Shown here: piece after piece, positions 38,594-51,800 of the stretch
Layout: each line of letters begins with the position of its first letter
Numbering within the stretch: the first letter of the stretch is position 1
Origin: Pelomyxa schiedti
Lineage: Eukaryota; Protista; Evosea
NCBI GenBank assembly: GCA_020536535.1
Contig: JAHLWZ010000879.1
Span: forward strand, 1 to 61,934
DNA length: 61,934 nt
Direction of reading: 5' to 3'
Made by a program: the position numbers and the translations under genes
Notes under the pieces: model-generated
Database searches by the model: none
What the model saw: only the letters and a program-made list of their open reading frames with translations
What the model was told of the DNA's origin: nothing

Positions 38594-41478
38594 TCACGAC
38601 AAAGCGTTATTGGCCGGCGTGGCCAATGACGTTCTGGAACTAGAAGCCGTCATCTCTGAGGACAGTGAAACGGACTTGTCGCGAGATCCGGAACCAAAGC
38701 GACGGTGGTTGTTGGGCTGGTCGATTTTGAGGAAGTCTTGCTGAATGCAGTGCTCGTCGAGAATCGAGAGTACCGCGGAATACGGCTCCATGCAAGGCTC
38801 CGACTCTGCGAGAGAAATCGCCTGCGTGGATGCCTTGTAGTCACCCAACTTGAGCGACCTCCTTATGTTCAGCATTAACTGCGATGCTTTGATTTGCTCC
38901 GGCATTGCTTCACTCTTTTTGGCCACCAGGTGGAATACGTGAGTGACTCTGGCTTGATATCCGCGGAGCACTACAGCGTCCAACCAAACGCAGACGAAAT
39001 CGGCCTTGACTGTCTTGTAGATTTGGCCACTGACCAGTGGAGATACGCCATATATTTTTCCAGCCTGCTCCAGTCGAGCAGCGAGGTTAGCCACATTTCC
39101 ACATACTTGAGAGACTAAATAGACGAAAATAGTAGCGGGCAGTTACCAGTATAGTTAATTCTTTGTTCATAACCAATGTTTCCGACCAAGAGATTTCCAG
39201 AGTGAATACCTACTCGACACGATAACTGCAGGAATTAGAGCATTCCAGCAAATATTTTAACGTACTTGTGGATACTTCTCTGGAAAAGAAGCATTAAGGT
39301 TCGCAAGAGCTGCATTAAATTCAATTGCAGTAAGGCAAGCAGCTTGTTCTGACATCTCCAGGGGTTCCGGGGCTCCCCAAATCGCCATGATACAATCCCT
39401 GGCAAACATTTAACTTCTCAAATGGAATATGGTTGTTACCCTATGTATTTATCGATGCATCCATTGTTCTTCATAATGACTTCTGAGAAGCATGCAAACC
39501 ACACCCTCAGTATTTCAGCAACAATAGCTTTAGGGTATCTCTCAGATATTCCGGAGAAACCCTGGACCAAGTCTCAGATTATAACATTGAAGATAGTTTA
39601 CTTGAATGTCACAGAACATAATAGTGAGGTGGGCTGGCTTCATTGTGAGTAAATCAGTCACATTACTTGTGAGAATTTCTTTCACTAATGGCTTTGGAAC
39701 GTATTTTGTCATTGCAAAAACACCTGGACTCAGTTACAGTGCGTACATGTAAGAAGGTGTACCAGTTCTTAAACTCGAGAAAGTAGATATCATGCCGTTG
39801 ATCTCTGACACTCTGGAAAATTGGGGGACAGGTGAAAAATCCAATCCAACAACTGCTCGCATAGCTCGTTCCACTGACGAAAGTGGCTTACTGACTTGAT
39901 ATGTGACCAGTGTGAATGTAAAAGCAACAAAGACCAGAGTAATGAGTATGCTAACAACAGGGAACCTCCAGTCTGCACTTTTGAAGACTGGTTCATCAAT
40001 AGCAATTACTGACCAGTTTACGCATGGCCGAATTAGGGGCACAGCAGTTGAGTATACTTTTGCAGTATAAGGCAAGAGAATTTCTCTTTTACATACTTGA
40101 AGAAGTAACCCATTGACTAAATCCATGTTCTGCGGCATTAAACCAAGTGCCGTACTTTGCTGTCACCAGAGCATTTGCCTTCTGAACCTTGGGAATGTCT
40201 ATATCTGAAACTTCGATGGGTACTTCAAATCCGTCCAAAAGTTTGAAGAGGCTTATTGAGCTATCTGTTACCCCCCATACTCGGTTCGCTTGGTCTACGA
40301 GAAGAATAATCCCCGTATCTATTTGAAAAGTCTGTGTGCCAATAAGCACACGCTTTAACAATATGCATCCGGGAACCTCTACGACATGTTGCGTTGTCTC
40401 CAAAGACAAGTCCAATCCAACGACACCAAGCAGTTGGTTGTCTTGAAAGGAAGCATGAGAATATGAAATCATAGTACTCGAGGAGTAAATGTAGGGCTCT
40501 GTCCAGCACTCCGATCCTACTGGGGGAGAATCACACAAAATGAAGAAGCACAACGACAGCTTACGTTCTGGCTTTACAACTTGATACCAAGAGCCTTGAG
40601 AATTATTGTAGTCAGAAATACTGTCCAACGTTATGGCCGACGAGTCCTTGCAGTATGTATATGTATTACCGTCTTTCCACGACCAGAATCCGGCATTGTA
40701 TTCCTGCCAATATTACTACACAGACTGAGTCAGGAAGCAACACACATTACCACATGTGGAAGTATACAATCCCTACAACGAGTAAGATAAAGTTGGAGAA
40801 GCTAATACTCACACCTTTTTCCCAGCAAATGCTCCAAATAACCCCTGAATGGCTGTTAAAAAGAATCAGGTAATAAAAATGACCTACACCCTGTTTCGTT
40901 GTTAACCAGACTGCTGTGGAAAGGTTGAATCCGGTCAGGAAGTCCTGTGCCACTTTCACAGTAAGGTTTGTATCACTCATCCCCAGAGTCTTTTTTAAGT
41001 GGGTTTAACAGTGAGCATCCAAGAACTTGGCAACCTTGGAAAAGAACATGTTGTCCCAACCTTTGACCACCATCTCGGCATCTTGAAAGTCCCGCGTTAC
41101 ACTGGTACGAACCTCATGCAATCTCATCAAGGAAAAAGATCCTTCGTATTTTCTCACGTCTTTCCCGTACGTAACAGCTTGCTTAGGTGCAGTCAGGGTA
41201 ATAACATAAGAGCGTGTATGTACCATTATTATTCCCACAGCAGTAGGAACCCAAACCGCAACGCATATCTATGGAGGCAACAGTTTCAACACCTTCGCCA
41301 TAAAGCACAAAATACTCACCATTACAATTATAATACAACTCAGTGGGAAACTTCTCCCAGGTTCTTTTTAATGGTGCCGTTAAGTTCTTCCGTCCTTCTT
41401 TCATTTCCCCCTACCTTTTTGTCTGTTGCACTCTTGCTCCTTGTCATCCACTGGGCCGACAGAGTTCTTCTTCGGCAT
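38594..41478 (-). CDS. Membrane receptor adenylyl cyclase: TM - Cache - TM - HAMP - class III cyclase
   Basis: Spliced motifs TIMFCDIQGFS, IDKYIGDCIMAIWGAP, RVGIHSGNLLVGNIG, NYTVCGNVANLAARLE; Cache-like WTEPYIY..MISYS..LLGVVGLDLSL; HAMP-like VSKPLSSVERAMRAV..SEINGM. Confidence 0.88.
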
Positions 41479-41725
41479 TGCGTGTTTCCTGTTGTTGGTT
41501 TCGTATCTAGATTTGTGCGTTTCGCTTGGTTAAGGAAAACGAGGGCAGTAACAAAATAACCGAAACACATTTTTAGAGCTGTGTCGCCGTCGCAGAACAG
41601 AAAAGTTCCAGGGCTCGCGGTGAAAAAGAAATGGAAAAAAGAAACAGTTACGGTAAACAAACACGTGTTATCACGGGCAATTCGTACTTTGTACAAAACC
41701 GGTAGGTTTTCATAGGTAGGTTTTG

Positions 41726-43240
41726 TCAGCTGAGAACCATTCGGCCACGTTGCTTTACTATTGCCTCAGAAGAGTTACAGCGGACCAGGTTCTTATTTTT
41801 GGTAGACGTTGTGCTGGTGGCAGCGGTCGCGTGTGCTGCGAGAACGGATGCGCGGTTGAATGTTTGATCCTATTGTGTGGAGAGAGTGGTGCCAGTTAGG
41901 ACGGAATGGAATGGATGGACATGCACACCAGTTTATCTGCCCCATAGGGTGAAAGGGGTTGGAGAGGGAAATACTCCAAAGAATACTTCCTGATCCTAGT
42001 GTACAAGTCCACATATCTGGAGGAGTAAAAAACCGAATTCCTAGAAGTACAAGTGAAAACCGGGAGCGGCTGACCCCAACTGAAAAGTGCATCAAGTTGA
42101 GAAATTCCATCTCCAGAAGATTTAAATCCTCTACTGAAAGCTGGTCAAATGAAGGTAAGAAATCAGCCTTTTAGGAATGAGTCTCAGAAAAGGAGGTTTT
42201 AATATACAGACATTCCAAATGGCTTGGTCTTCCCAAACCTAAATACAGGTTAGGACACAGGGCCGACCAACCAGGTTCATACCTTGGATGCAACCATAAT
42301 ACAAGAGAGTGTCAATCTACGCCAAGTCTCTGCGCACAAGGAACAGCCAGCATCAAACAGTGACTCCACGTAGCTCTTAAGAGATTTCAAAATGTTATCC
42401 AGGAGGGGTGTGTAGGTACCAATGACATTATTGCAACTTCGGGATCGAGCTTTGTTAAAGAATCAATAAGACATAATGAATTCAATAGCTTAACACACCC
42501 GCATGGCGTGAAATACAGTTTGGTAAAACTTGTGTATTTCATCTTGTGTTGGTTCTCTGCTAAGATCAACACTTATCTATCGATTGTTGGGAAGTAGTAT
42601 GATGTGGAGAAAGTGCACTGTTATTGTCAGAGGGTGCAACTGTTCAGAAAATATTGGAAGGACCCGTTTATCCGGTGTATTCCTTCTTAGCAAAGAAAGC
42701 AATTCCATGGCAGTGCTGAGCTCGGTTAGGCGAGAGATTGGAATTGGCTCCAAAGTACCAAAGCAATAACTGTTCGAGGTCCGGTGCTGTCAGCACAGTC
42801 TTGCAGTAGAGAGAACTAGTAGAGTTGGACAAATGGGTTCTTTTCAGGGAAGCAAGACTGTCACATGTTGAGGACGGCGATCTGAGGACACATAAACCTC
42901 GCGCTTTGACAATAATGTTCCAAGAAGAGGCATTATAGGTAACACAAAAAAGGACGTACGTTGGGAGTTCCGTCGGGCTAGAGGGAGTGGGAGGTGTGGC
43001 ACATGGAGGAGCTACGAATATTGTTAAAAAAAAAAAAAGGGAGAGAAGTCCAGCAATTCAAAAAGACCAGACGCAGTGGAGGCATTTTGTTTGTTTGGGT
43101 TTTTTATGGGAGTTGTAGAATTCGATCGGTTCATATGTTTGACAATGGCAGGCAGGCAAGTGGTGCCAAAGTCGCAACTCACATTCAGAAGTCTCTTCCT
43201 CAATTGGGATCGATTCGGTGAGAGCCGCACGTCGCGCCAT
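41726..43240 (-). CDS. CCNY: Cyclin Y-like cyclin
   Basis: Spliced LPIFSEQLHPL, EIHKFYQTVFHAMRLDPEVAIMSL, WRRLTLSCIMVASKVWEDQAIWN, VEDLNLLEMEFLNLMHF, FPLQPLS..KL match cyclin Y; start codon uncertain (43240 or ~43085). Confidence 0.85.
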
Positions 43241-43360
43241 ATTGGTCGGCGAATTTACGAGATGTGGCTTTTTGATGAATTCGTTCGGTCGGTCTGATCA
43301 CAGATCTTCTAGAGAAAATCGAAAATCCCGAAAAAAAAGGAAAAAAAAAACCCGAGCGCA

Positions 43361-45705
43361 ATGAGCAACAACACCGCGGACGCTGGGAGGGAAGACAACA
43401 AGGCCAGATCTCTGGACAAACAACGAGATCCGGTTCATGTGACCACCACTGCTAGTGCTACTGCTTCGCGTGCATCGGCAGATTCGTCGCCGACTGTCAG
43501 CGGCGGAACCACGCGCACTCTCGTTTTTCCTTATGTTTCACCTTCTCAAAATCGCCTGCCTGTTGCATCGCAGGAGCAGCACCAGCGGCACAATTCCACG
43601 CCCGTGACTTCGTTTTCTCTGACAAATGCCATGAACGCAATCAAGCGCTCGCTTACGCCTGTGGCGCCCACGGTCGTGATTCCACCTAGCACCACTCTCA
43701 ACAGACCACCTCTGCCCACTCTGGCGCCAATATCCACGATCCCGACATCTGCTTCCACGGTTGTTCATAGTACAAGTCAAGCCATGACCCACAGCTGTAG
43801 CACTGACAGCATCAGTGGAAGCGCTAGTGGGAGTGGCGAGAGCGGGGATGGAAGCAGTTGTAGCAGCACTAAACGTGCTCACCCTGGCTCACCTACACAA
43901 ATACGAAGTGCTGCATCATCCCCAACTATTGGGAGTGCCGAAGGTACGAGCTGTGGAAACCGCAGCTCTGTAAGTGATAGAGAAAATGCACATGCTCCCT
44001 CTTCCACATCCACAACTTTTTCGGCACCTCCTCCACGTACATCCACATCATTTGAGATTTGGAGGCGCCCCAATTTACAGTTTACCAACAAGCTACCAGC
44101 CACCAAGAAGTAATTCCTCTCAAGTTAGATGAAATTGATCGCCCATCCCTTTTAGAAAAGAGGATACAGCCCCATTTCGGCTTTCAGCTGCACAACTTGC
44201 TGCTCTGCATCCCACACTCACCCCGGATATTATTGCTAAAAAAAGGAGTAGGTTTGAAGCTTTACTAGCAGAGCCAATTGTCAACATGAGTGTGTTGTTC
44301 TCCAGTGATTTCGTGTGTAACAGCTACATTTTGTAGCTGCTTTGAGGAAAATCAGCTGGAGTGGGATTTTCTCAGATTTAAGACCTGTTGTTTGGAAACT
44401 TTTGTTAGTGCGTTCCAGGAATGACCCAATTTCTAATCCTCACTTTTTTTCAGGGCTATCTTCCAGCCAACAAAGAACGACGAGAAGAGAAATTAAGAAA
44501 TAAAAGAACTGAATATCATGATGCTGCTCGTGCTCTTTACTATCATACAGATAGATCAAACGCGGAAGAAATGATTTTACGTCAGGTTTCATTATTTTCC
44601 TTCTCTTTAAAGAGCTGAAATTCGAAGATCAGAATGGATTTGCCCCGCACATGCCCAAGCACTGAAATTTTTCGTAATCCTATTGTAGAACATGTAAGGA
44701 TTTTTCCTTCATTATTTTACAAAAATAAATCTTTCCTGTAAGTTGTTAGAGAGAGTTTTGTATATATGGGCCTTGAGGCATTCTGCAAGTGGTTATGTGC
44801 AAGGGCACAATGACCTCATTATCGCTATTTTTCTTATCATTCTTTCTGAGCACACAAGTACTTTTCTTTACGCTCTTTAATGCACTGTGTGACGTCTTCC
44901 GTAGAAATTGCAAACTTTGACAAGATTGAAGATGTTGTTGTAACGCACCTCACAGAAGAAAACTGGTCTGATGTTGAAGCCGACTGTTACTGGTGCTTCT
45001 CAAAACTCTTAGACGGAATCCAGGTTTAGGTTATCAAAACCTCCCTCAGTCTAACAAATTCAGGCGAACTATATCTTTGCGCAGCCGGGCATCCAAAAAT
45101 CTGTTCAGGAAATGGAAGAACTCACAACAAAACTGGATGGTGTGTAAGTTGAATTTCCACTGCCCTCCTAATCGTGTAGGTCCCCTGGCAAGACACTTTC
45201 AAGATGAAAGAGTTTTGTATATTCAGTTCTCATTCAGGTTTTACATATTCTGTTTGTGGTGTTTCCTACTCCCCAGTAGGTGGTTTAACTGCCTGCTACT
45301 GCGGGAGTTTCCTCTGTCTCTTGTTTTACGGATGTGGGATTCATATATGTCCGAAGAAAAGTGTGTTTGCTGACCTTTTTCCGCGTACTCATGTCCCTAG
45401 CTGCCAAGGATTCGCAGTTCTTCACACATACATGTGCACAGCACTGTTATTAAGCTGGTCTGAACAGCTAATGTGAGTACTTGAACTTCCTTTATTTACT
45501 TCTCAATTTTCACCAACAGGGAAAAGGAATTTCAAGATGTGATGACATTTTTGCAACACATGCCCACAGACAACTGGACAGAAGCCTCCATAGAAGAGCT
45601 TCTCTCAGCAGCGTACGCACCCTTTGTCCCTCAACACCACCTCACAATCCTATCAGATATACCATACAAGTAATGTACCATGATGCCCCTAGTCACTTAC
45701 ACTGA
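43361..45705 (+). CDS. TBC1D22: TBC-domain RabGAP of the TBC1D22/Gyp1 family with Ser/Thr-rich N-terminus
   Basis: SWSGI..RPVVWKLLL, GYLPANKERREEKL, IRMDLPRT, GYVQGHNDL, VEADCYWCFSKLLDGIQ, QFSFRWFNCLLLREF, KEFQDVMTFLQHMPTDNW. Confidence 0.92.
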
Positions 45706-46171
45706 CTACAAAACCAAACGTTGTTTTGGGGACTGACTGTGCCAACACACGTCACATTTGTAACACCCCTCTGTGAGAAAAGAAAAAAAATGTCTACATC
45801 ACAAAATTCTCTCTTTGTCTCTGCGTCCCTAAAGCACAAGGCGATTTTTCGCCCCGTGACTCGGCAGGTAAAAAAAAAAACCGAACCAGTGATCTAAGAT
45901 ATCACCCTTCACGGAAATCCAATGCACCAGTACGCAAAAGATGATATTTGAGCGACTGCATGCACCTGTGACGTAAAGAGTTCATATTCATCTTTTTATT
46001 AAAAAATGCACCGGAGCAAGAATCATCAAATAATTTAATAAAGCGTACACTCGAAAGGCCGTAAGGCAGCACAAACAAACCAACAAACAACCAATCCCCG
46101 CTCTCTCTAGTACCCCGACAACCAAACCAACCCCTGAGAAATATACTCTGGTTTAACCACATCGAAAAAAA

Positions 46172-48683
46172 ATGTCATCCACATCGTCCACCTCCAAGTC
46201 CAGCTCCGAATCCGATAACGAGGCCCACTACCGGCCCAGCAGCAAGCGCGTCCCGCACAGCAGCGACGAGCACCCCCACGGCCACCACAGCCACAAGCAC
46301 GCCTCGCAGGACGGAGGCCGCAGCACCAGCCACCACCACCACCGCGGCGCCTCGCCCACCAAGAAGCCCGCCGCCTCCGCCGCCCCAGCCCCGGCTGCCC
46401 CCGCGGCCCCGGCCGCCTCACGAAGCCGGGCTCGCAGCGCCAGCCGCAGCAGCAGCCGAAGCCCCAGCAGGAGCCACGAGAAATCTGACGAGAGCAAGAG
46501 CGAGACCGGGACTGAGGAGTCCTCAACTTCCTCCTCCTCTTCTTCGTCGAATTCCTCTTCCTCCTCCGACTCGTCTTCATCATCGTCTTCTGGGAAGGCC
46601 GCTGGATCTAAACACCACTCCAAGTCCAAGGGGGCTCACAGATCAAAGAGCCAGCCTCAGGCCGACGGCAAGAAACAACACCATCACAAGAAACACCACA
46701 AGGCCTCTCCAGAGAAGTACGTGAATGACACTAAGAAGCACACTCCCGAGGTCGACATCGAGCTTCAGGACGTCAAGCCCAAGTCTTCGGTGAAGACTTT
46801 GAATGTCGACGCTCCTGTGGCTTCTTCTTCTGTGGACTTGAGCCCGGCGGAACATTCTGAGCCTCCCAAGAAGAAGAAGGGGAACCCGTTGAAGCAGATG
46901 ACTGTGAGGCAATGGTTCTTGATCATAGAGCTGATTTTCCTGTCTGTGGCAGTCATGTTTGTGGAGCTGTGCTTGGTTCCTGCTCTGCCGGAAATCATGA
47001 AGCAGTTTTACGACGATGCTGACTGGGTGCCTTGGATTTTGTCCATTTACAATATTGTTGGTGCTGTTTGGACTCCAATTGCCGGTTCCCTTGCAGATAT
47101 GTTTGGCACAAAGTGGATCACAGTGGCCAGTCTTTGTGTTTACATGGTTGGACAAGTTATCTGCGCCTTGAGTTCAAGCAGCATTTTCGTGCTCATTGCT
47201 GGACGTGCTCTTCAGGGCTTTGGAATGGCTGTATGTCTAGACAACTTTTTTTTTATTCTCCTTACTGACTCGTGTTTAGATCTTTGTGCTGGCCCTAACC
47301 ATTGTCCGAACAGCTTTCCCTGACGAATTGGTCACACCCTTGATGGGAATTATCTCAAGTATGATGAGTGTTGGCATGAGTGTGGGAATTGTGGGTGGTG
47401 CCGCTGCACTGGAGTCAATCCAGTGGCACACTGTTTTTTGGATCACATTCCCTATCATCTTTGTTTTTACCACGGCCTTGGCTATTACCATACCCGGTGT
47501 GCCCAAATTTGTCTACTCTATGCCCTGCTTCAAGAAGTATTGGCCAGAGGAAAGTGAAACCTCATCCCCGGCTCCAAACGCAGATGTAGAAGCTGGCAAA
47601 CATGATGAACATGCCCAAACTGAAGCTAAGAAGGAAGGACCCTCAACATTGAAGGACAAGTTCTTCAAGATGGATTTGGTAGGCGCATTTTTGCTCGCTG
47701 CTGGTGTTATCATGATACTGATGAGTTTCACATTCAGGTTCGACATACTCTTCTTTCTTCTTTTCTTTGCTAATTCCCTCTACAGTAATACATGGGGATG
47801 GGAAGATGCCGGCACAATATGCCTGGTTATTATCGGTTTTGCGCTTCTTGTTGCTCTGGTGTTCTGGGAGCTTTGGGTTCCCCGCCCCATCATCCCTGTC
47901 AGGAGTCTGATGAACCGAGACCAACTGGTCCTCATTTTCATTTCCATCACATCTGGACTTGTACAATTCGCCCTCTTCCAGATGTTACCTTACCTGTACA
48001 TGGAGCCGTCAATGCCATTCCAGGTTTAATTCCTTCTACCACCAAAATCCCGCAAACTCACGTATTCTTTCCAGGTTGCAGCCGACGATATGCTTCAAGT
48101 CGGATTGTACTTGCTTCCATTTGGCGTTGCCATGATAGCAGCCATGCCCGGTGCCCTTGGATTCGGAATGACACTGGGCTACCCTGTGGCCAACGTGGTG
48201 TCAGCTGCCGTCTCTCTGCTTGGAGTAGGCCTGATGATCGAGTACCACGACACCTCTGCCCAGACCGTGATTCTCAACACCATCGCTGGTGTGGGCCTTG
48301 GAATGATGACCATCGCCATCATAAACATGATCACAGTCATCAGCAAGGCCTCCGAATTCGGCGCCATTTCCGGCGCCAACCTGTGCCTCAAGTTCGTCGG
48401 AGGTTCGCTGGGCCCAGTGCTGGTCACCATCTTCCTGAACAAGCACTCATATGTGATCAACTACTCTGTGCCTTTCAGTGACAGCAGCGATGGCGTGGAG
48501 ATTCGTTCATACACCGGATATTCGGAGCAGTCATTCCGAGACTCCTTCATATTCTTGACTGCTGTGGCCGGTGCCGCTTTGCTTGGGGCTTGTACTCTGT
48601 CAGGGATGTTCAAGTTCCTCACGGCAAAGGGCAGGAAGGAAATCAGAGACCTTGCGAAAATGAGCAGTGCTGGTGGTCATTGA
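46172..48683 (+). CDS. Major facilitator superfamily transporter, DHA2 (EmrB/QacA-like), with long hydrophilic Ser/His-rich N-terminus
   Basis: VPALPEIMKQF, WILSIYNIVGAVWTPIAGSLADMFGTK (motif A-like), LIAGRALQGFG, MDLVGAFLL and many TM segments over four open exons; stop 48681-48683. Confidence 0.88.
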
Positions 48684-48885
48684 GATACACCATGAAATCG
48701 GATCAGAGGTTCTGGACCAACATCAAGGTTCAGGCTCACATCAACACCAGGGTGGATGCTGTTCACTCTGATCAATTTTGTTTGTGAATAGACGAAAAAA
48801 GAGTTTGACTTTAGGAAAAAAGAAAACAATTTTTCCTTCACTTTCCAATTCTTTTCGTTTTATGGGCATGGGCACAAACGAGTGA

Positions 48886-51800
48886 TCAGTAGTAGCGGTT
48901 GTCTATGCTGCTCTTCATACCAATGATAGGATGGAGGAAGGCGTCGTCCTCTAGAAGTTGGGTTTGAGCCTGAAGCCTCTTTGTGATATGCCGGCCATCA
49001 GCAGGAGCCAACGGGGATATATCTGCCTTGGGTGGTTTTGTTTCAGATGTTGTTGAACTTGATGAGGTAGTCGAAGTTGGTTCTGCTACTGTTGTTGCTG
49101 GTTCTGGTTCCGGCTTGGGAGTAGGAGGTTCTGGTTTTTCTTCCGGTTCAGGTGCTGGCTGAGGTGTTGGTTCAGGAGGTGGTACCGGTTTGCTCGAGAA
49201 GAATGACCAGATGGAACCGAGACTACTGAAAGCGGCGGGTGTGGAATTGGACTTGGGGTTGGGCTTTGACCTCCTTTTTTTGTCAGCCTTGCTGCTGGTC
49301 TTGGTGGGTGGCTTTTCTGGGGGAGGACGGGGAGTTGGTGGGGGTGCGATGTAGACGAATACACATTTGTTGATCATGGCCGTGCTGACTGGTTCTGGGT
49401 TGACGAGATATGGAGGGTTGGGACGGTACAATCCAACCTTGTAATGTGATCTTGTCGCCTCTTCATGCATTCGTTCATGGGCTTTTTTGTCTAAGTCGGC
49501 CCACTGTTGTGCAGGTTTTCAGTATAAAATAAAAGGGAGTTATGGTATGCGAGAAGGAATTTGATTTGAACCTGACAGACAAGTGGCTTCTCGTACAGTG
49601 ATAATGCTTCCCTATGATGAGAACGAGACTCTTCACTGATAACAAACCTTGGAAAAGGTTAAAATTGAATGAATGTAACTAGCTAGGTACTTGTCAAGGA
49701 CACTGGACAGAGCGTTGGCTGTGGAGACAAACATTGGCCCACAGTTAGCAACGCTGAGTTTTCTTAGTTGAGTACAGGTGGCATCAAATGTAAACTTATC
49801 AATAGCATATGGCTCAAAAAGCTTTTTGTTTGAAATGAAACCGTAAGTAAAAATTTGTGGGGATTGTACTAACATCCCAAACTGCGTATCCCTCCTTTCG
49901 CCATAGAAAGTAGCCTCTCTTTTTCCTTTCTGCGGGAGCAGCAGCAGGGTCTAACTCCTTCTCGTGCCGAACTCTAGAAATTTATTGTTTTTGGCCGGGA
50001 TGGATTGTCTGAAATGGGATGATATACCTCGTAACAGATTCCTTAATATGTTCAAATCCTAGCAGTGAAATCCCTGTGCATCCGTCTAGATACAAAACCT
50101 TAAGGACAGGAGCGGCTCTAATAATTGCAGCCACATTTTCTCCATTGATTGCTGAACAGTTGAGGAGGCGGCATTTGCGCAAGCGTGGAAGTTTGCATGT
50201 AAGTGGTGCCGCAGAGGAATCGGTACATTCAGCAGTGACTTCTGGGGTTAAAGAGGGTTTCGATGCAAGTGTAAAGTCCTCAATTGAACTCGACACTGAG
50301 CTTAACATCGCCATGCAGAGATTAGGAATGATTTGCGGGGAAAGTGAGGTCACATCAAGGAATAACGTGGAAAGGGCGGGACAAGTGTGGAGTGATGAAA
50401 ACAGTATGCCATCCACTGGGGGAGCCAAACAGGATTCTGATAGTTTAAGAGAAAGGCAGAAAAGTTGGGGTAGCTGTGGGAGAGTTGAGAAAATCTGCGG
50501 GAATGGGGTTGAAGAAGAAGATGTGGATAACAGAGACAGTTTACTAAGAGACGTTGATGGAGAGAAGTGAAGGAAAGGAATTTTCAGTGATGTAATGTTC
50601 TTCGGCAAGGAAAAAGAAGCAAATTCAGCAGGAATGAGACTGTAGCCCCACTAAGTGTAATTTTTAGTCCCCACAAGATGCAATAAAGAAGTACATCAAA
50701 ATGCTTTAACAACTGGAAGTCATTGATGATATGTATAAAAGTCGGGAAAGTAAGAGGGGTATCGGCAATGCTTTGGTACAATATTAAAAAAGGAAAGAAA
50801 AAATCTTTTGTCATACAATAGGGTTTCAAGTGTCTTCGCGGAGGTTTGCAGGCATTCGACTATATTTTCCTCCCTTATCTTTTTGCATCCAGCAAGATCC
50901 TAAAACCATCTCCGTTAGAGGAACGGAATCATTGTAGAGTAAATGGAATGTACCAATTCAACCAGGCCAGCGTGCCCAACGACCAGAGTTTCCAAGTTAA
51001 AACAGTTGCGAAGGGAAAGGTACTGCAATGCGGTAGATGTTATTTTGACATTGATAAGTCCTTGAGCATTTTGAAGAGATAAAGCTGGAAAGCTTGTATC
51101 GAAAATAACAGTCTGGAGTGCTGAAGTCCAGTCGTCTGGCCAAATTTTAAGTGCAAGTCCCCACTTAATTCTCTTTTCCTCTTTGGCAGCTCTGGTTCCT
51201 TCATACACACTTTGCAGCCAGGGCCTTTGTTCAGGAGCAAATTTATGCCCAAGTACACTGTCATGAATCTTAAAATCCAACATAGAATTACACTGTAGGA
51301 TTAGGGAGCTCAGATCTGCTGGGATCTTAACGTGAGGTCCTATATTAAGGGACCGGAGTTCTGGCATGCAGACTCTGTTAGGGAGTATGTTGGAGCCCGT
51401 ACAAAGATGAAGGTGCTTCACATGGGGTAAAGTGAACAGACCATTGAACAAATTTTCGTCTAGCATGGTTTCTGCTGTTGGCGTTTTGGTTGTTGTGTTG
51501 TCATCTGGAGTCTCTTCGTTTTCATCTGTTGCTTTAGTTTCTTCTTGTGGAGTCTTTCGACAGCACCATATTGTGACAGCTTCAAGAGAAGGTTGGTTAA
51601 GCAAATTATCCACTTGACAAAGGCCTTTGCATTCGAGGGCATAAAGTTCCATTAAAGCGCCATTGTTTGGTAAAATGACACTTGTGAGGTCTATTAAGTT
51701 TCTCAACTTCAGTGATGCGAGCTTGGGTAAGCTCGTGAGATCAATCTGAGGCCCGCAACCAGGTCCGGCCAGCTCTAGAGTGGTGAGCTGAGTGCATATT

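Noticed and set aside
46107-46629. Long antisense ORFs over GC-rich first exons (also 5740..6081, 17573..18016, 26904..27191, 34841..35369)
   Set aside because: Shadow ORFs expected from GC-rich, low-complexity coding sequence on the other strand or frame.
48886-49470. Separate Pro-rich gene
   Set aside because: Can be spliced in frame to the upstream F-box/LRR exons, so treated as that gene's last exon.
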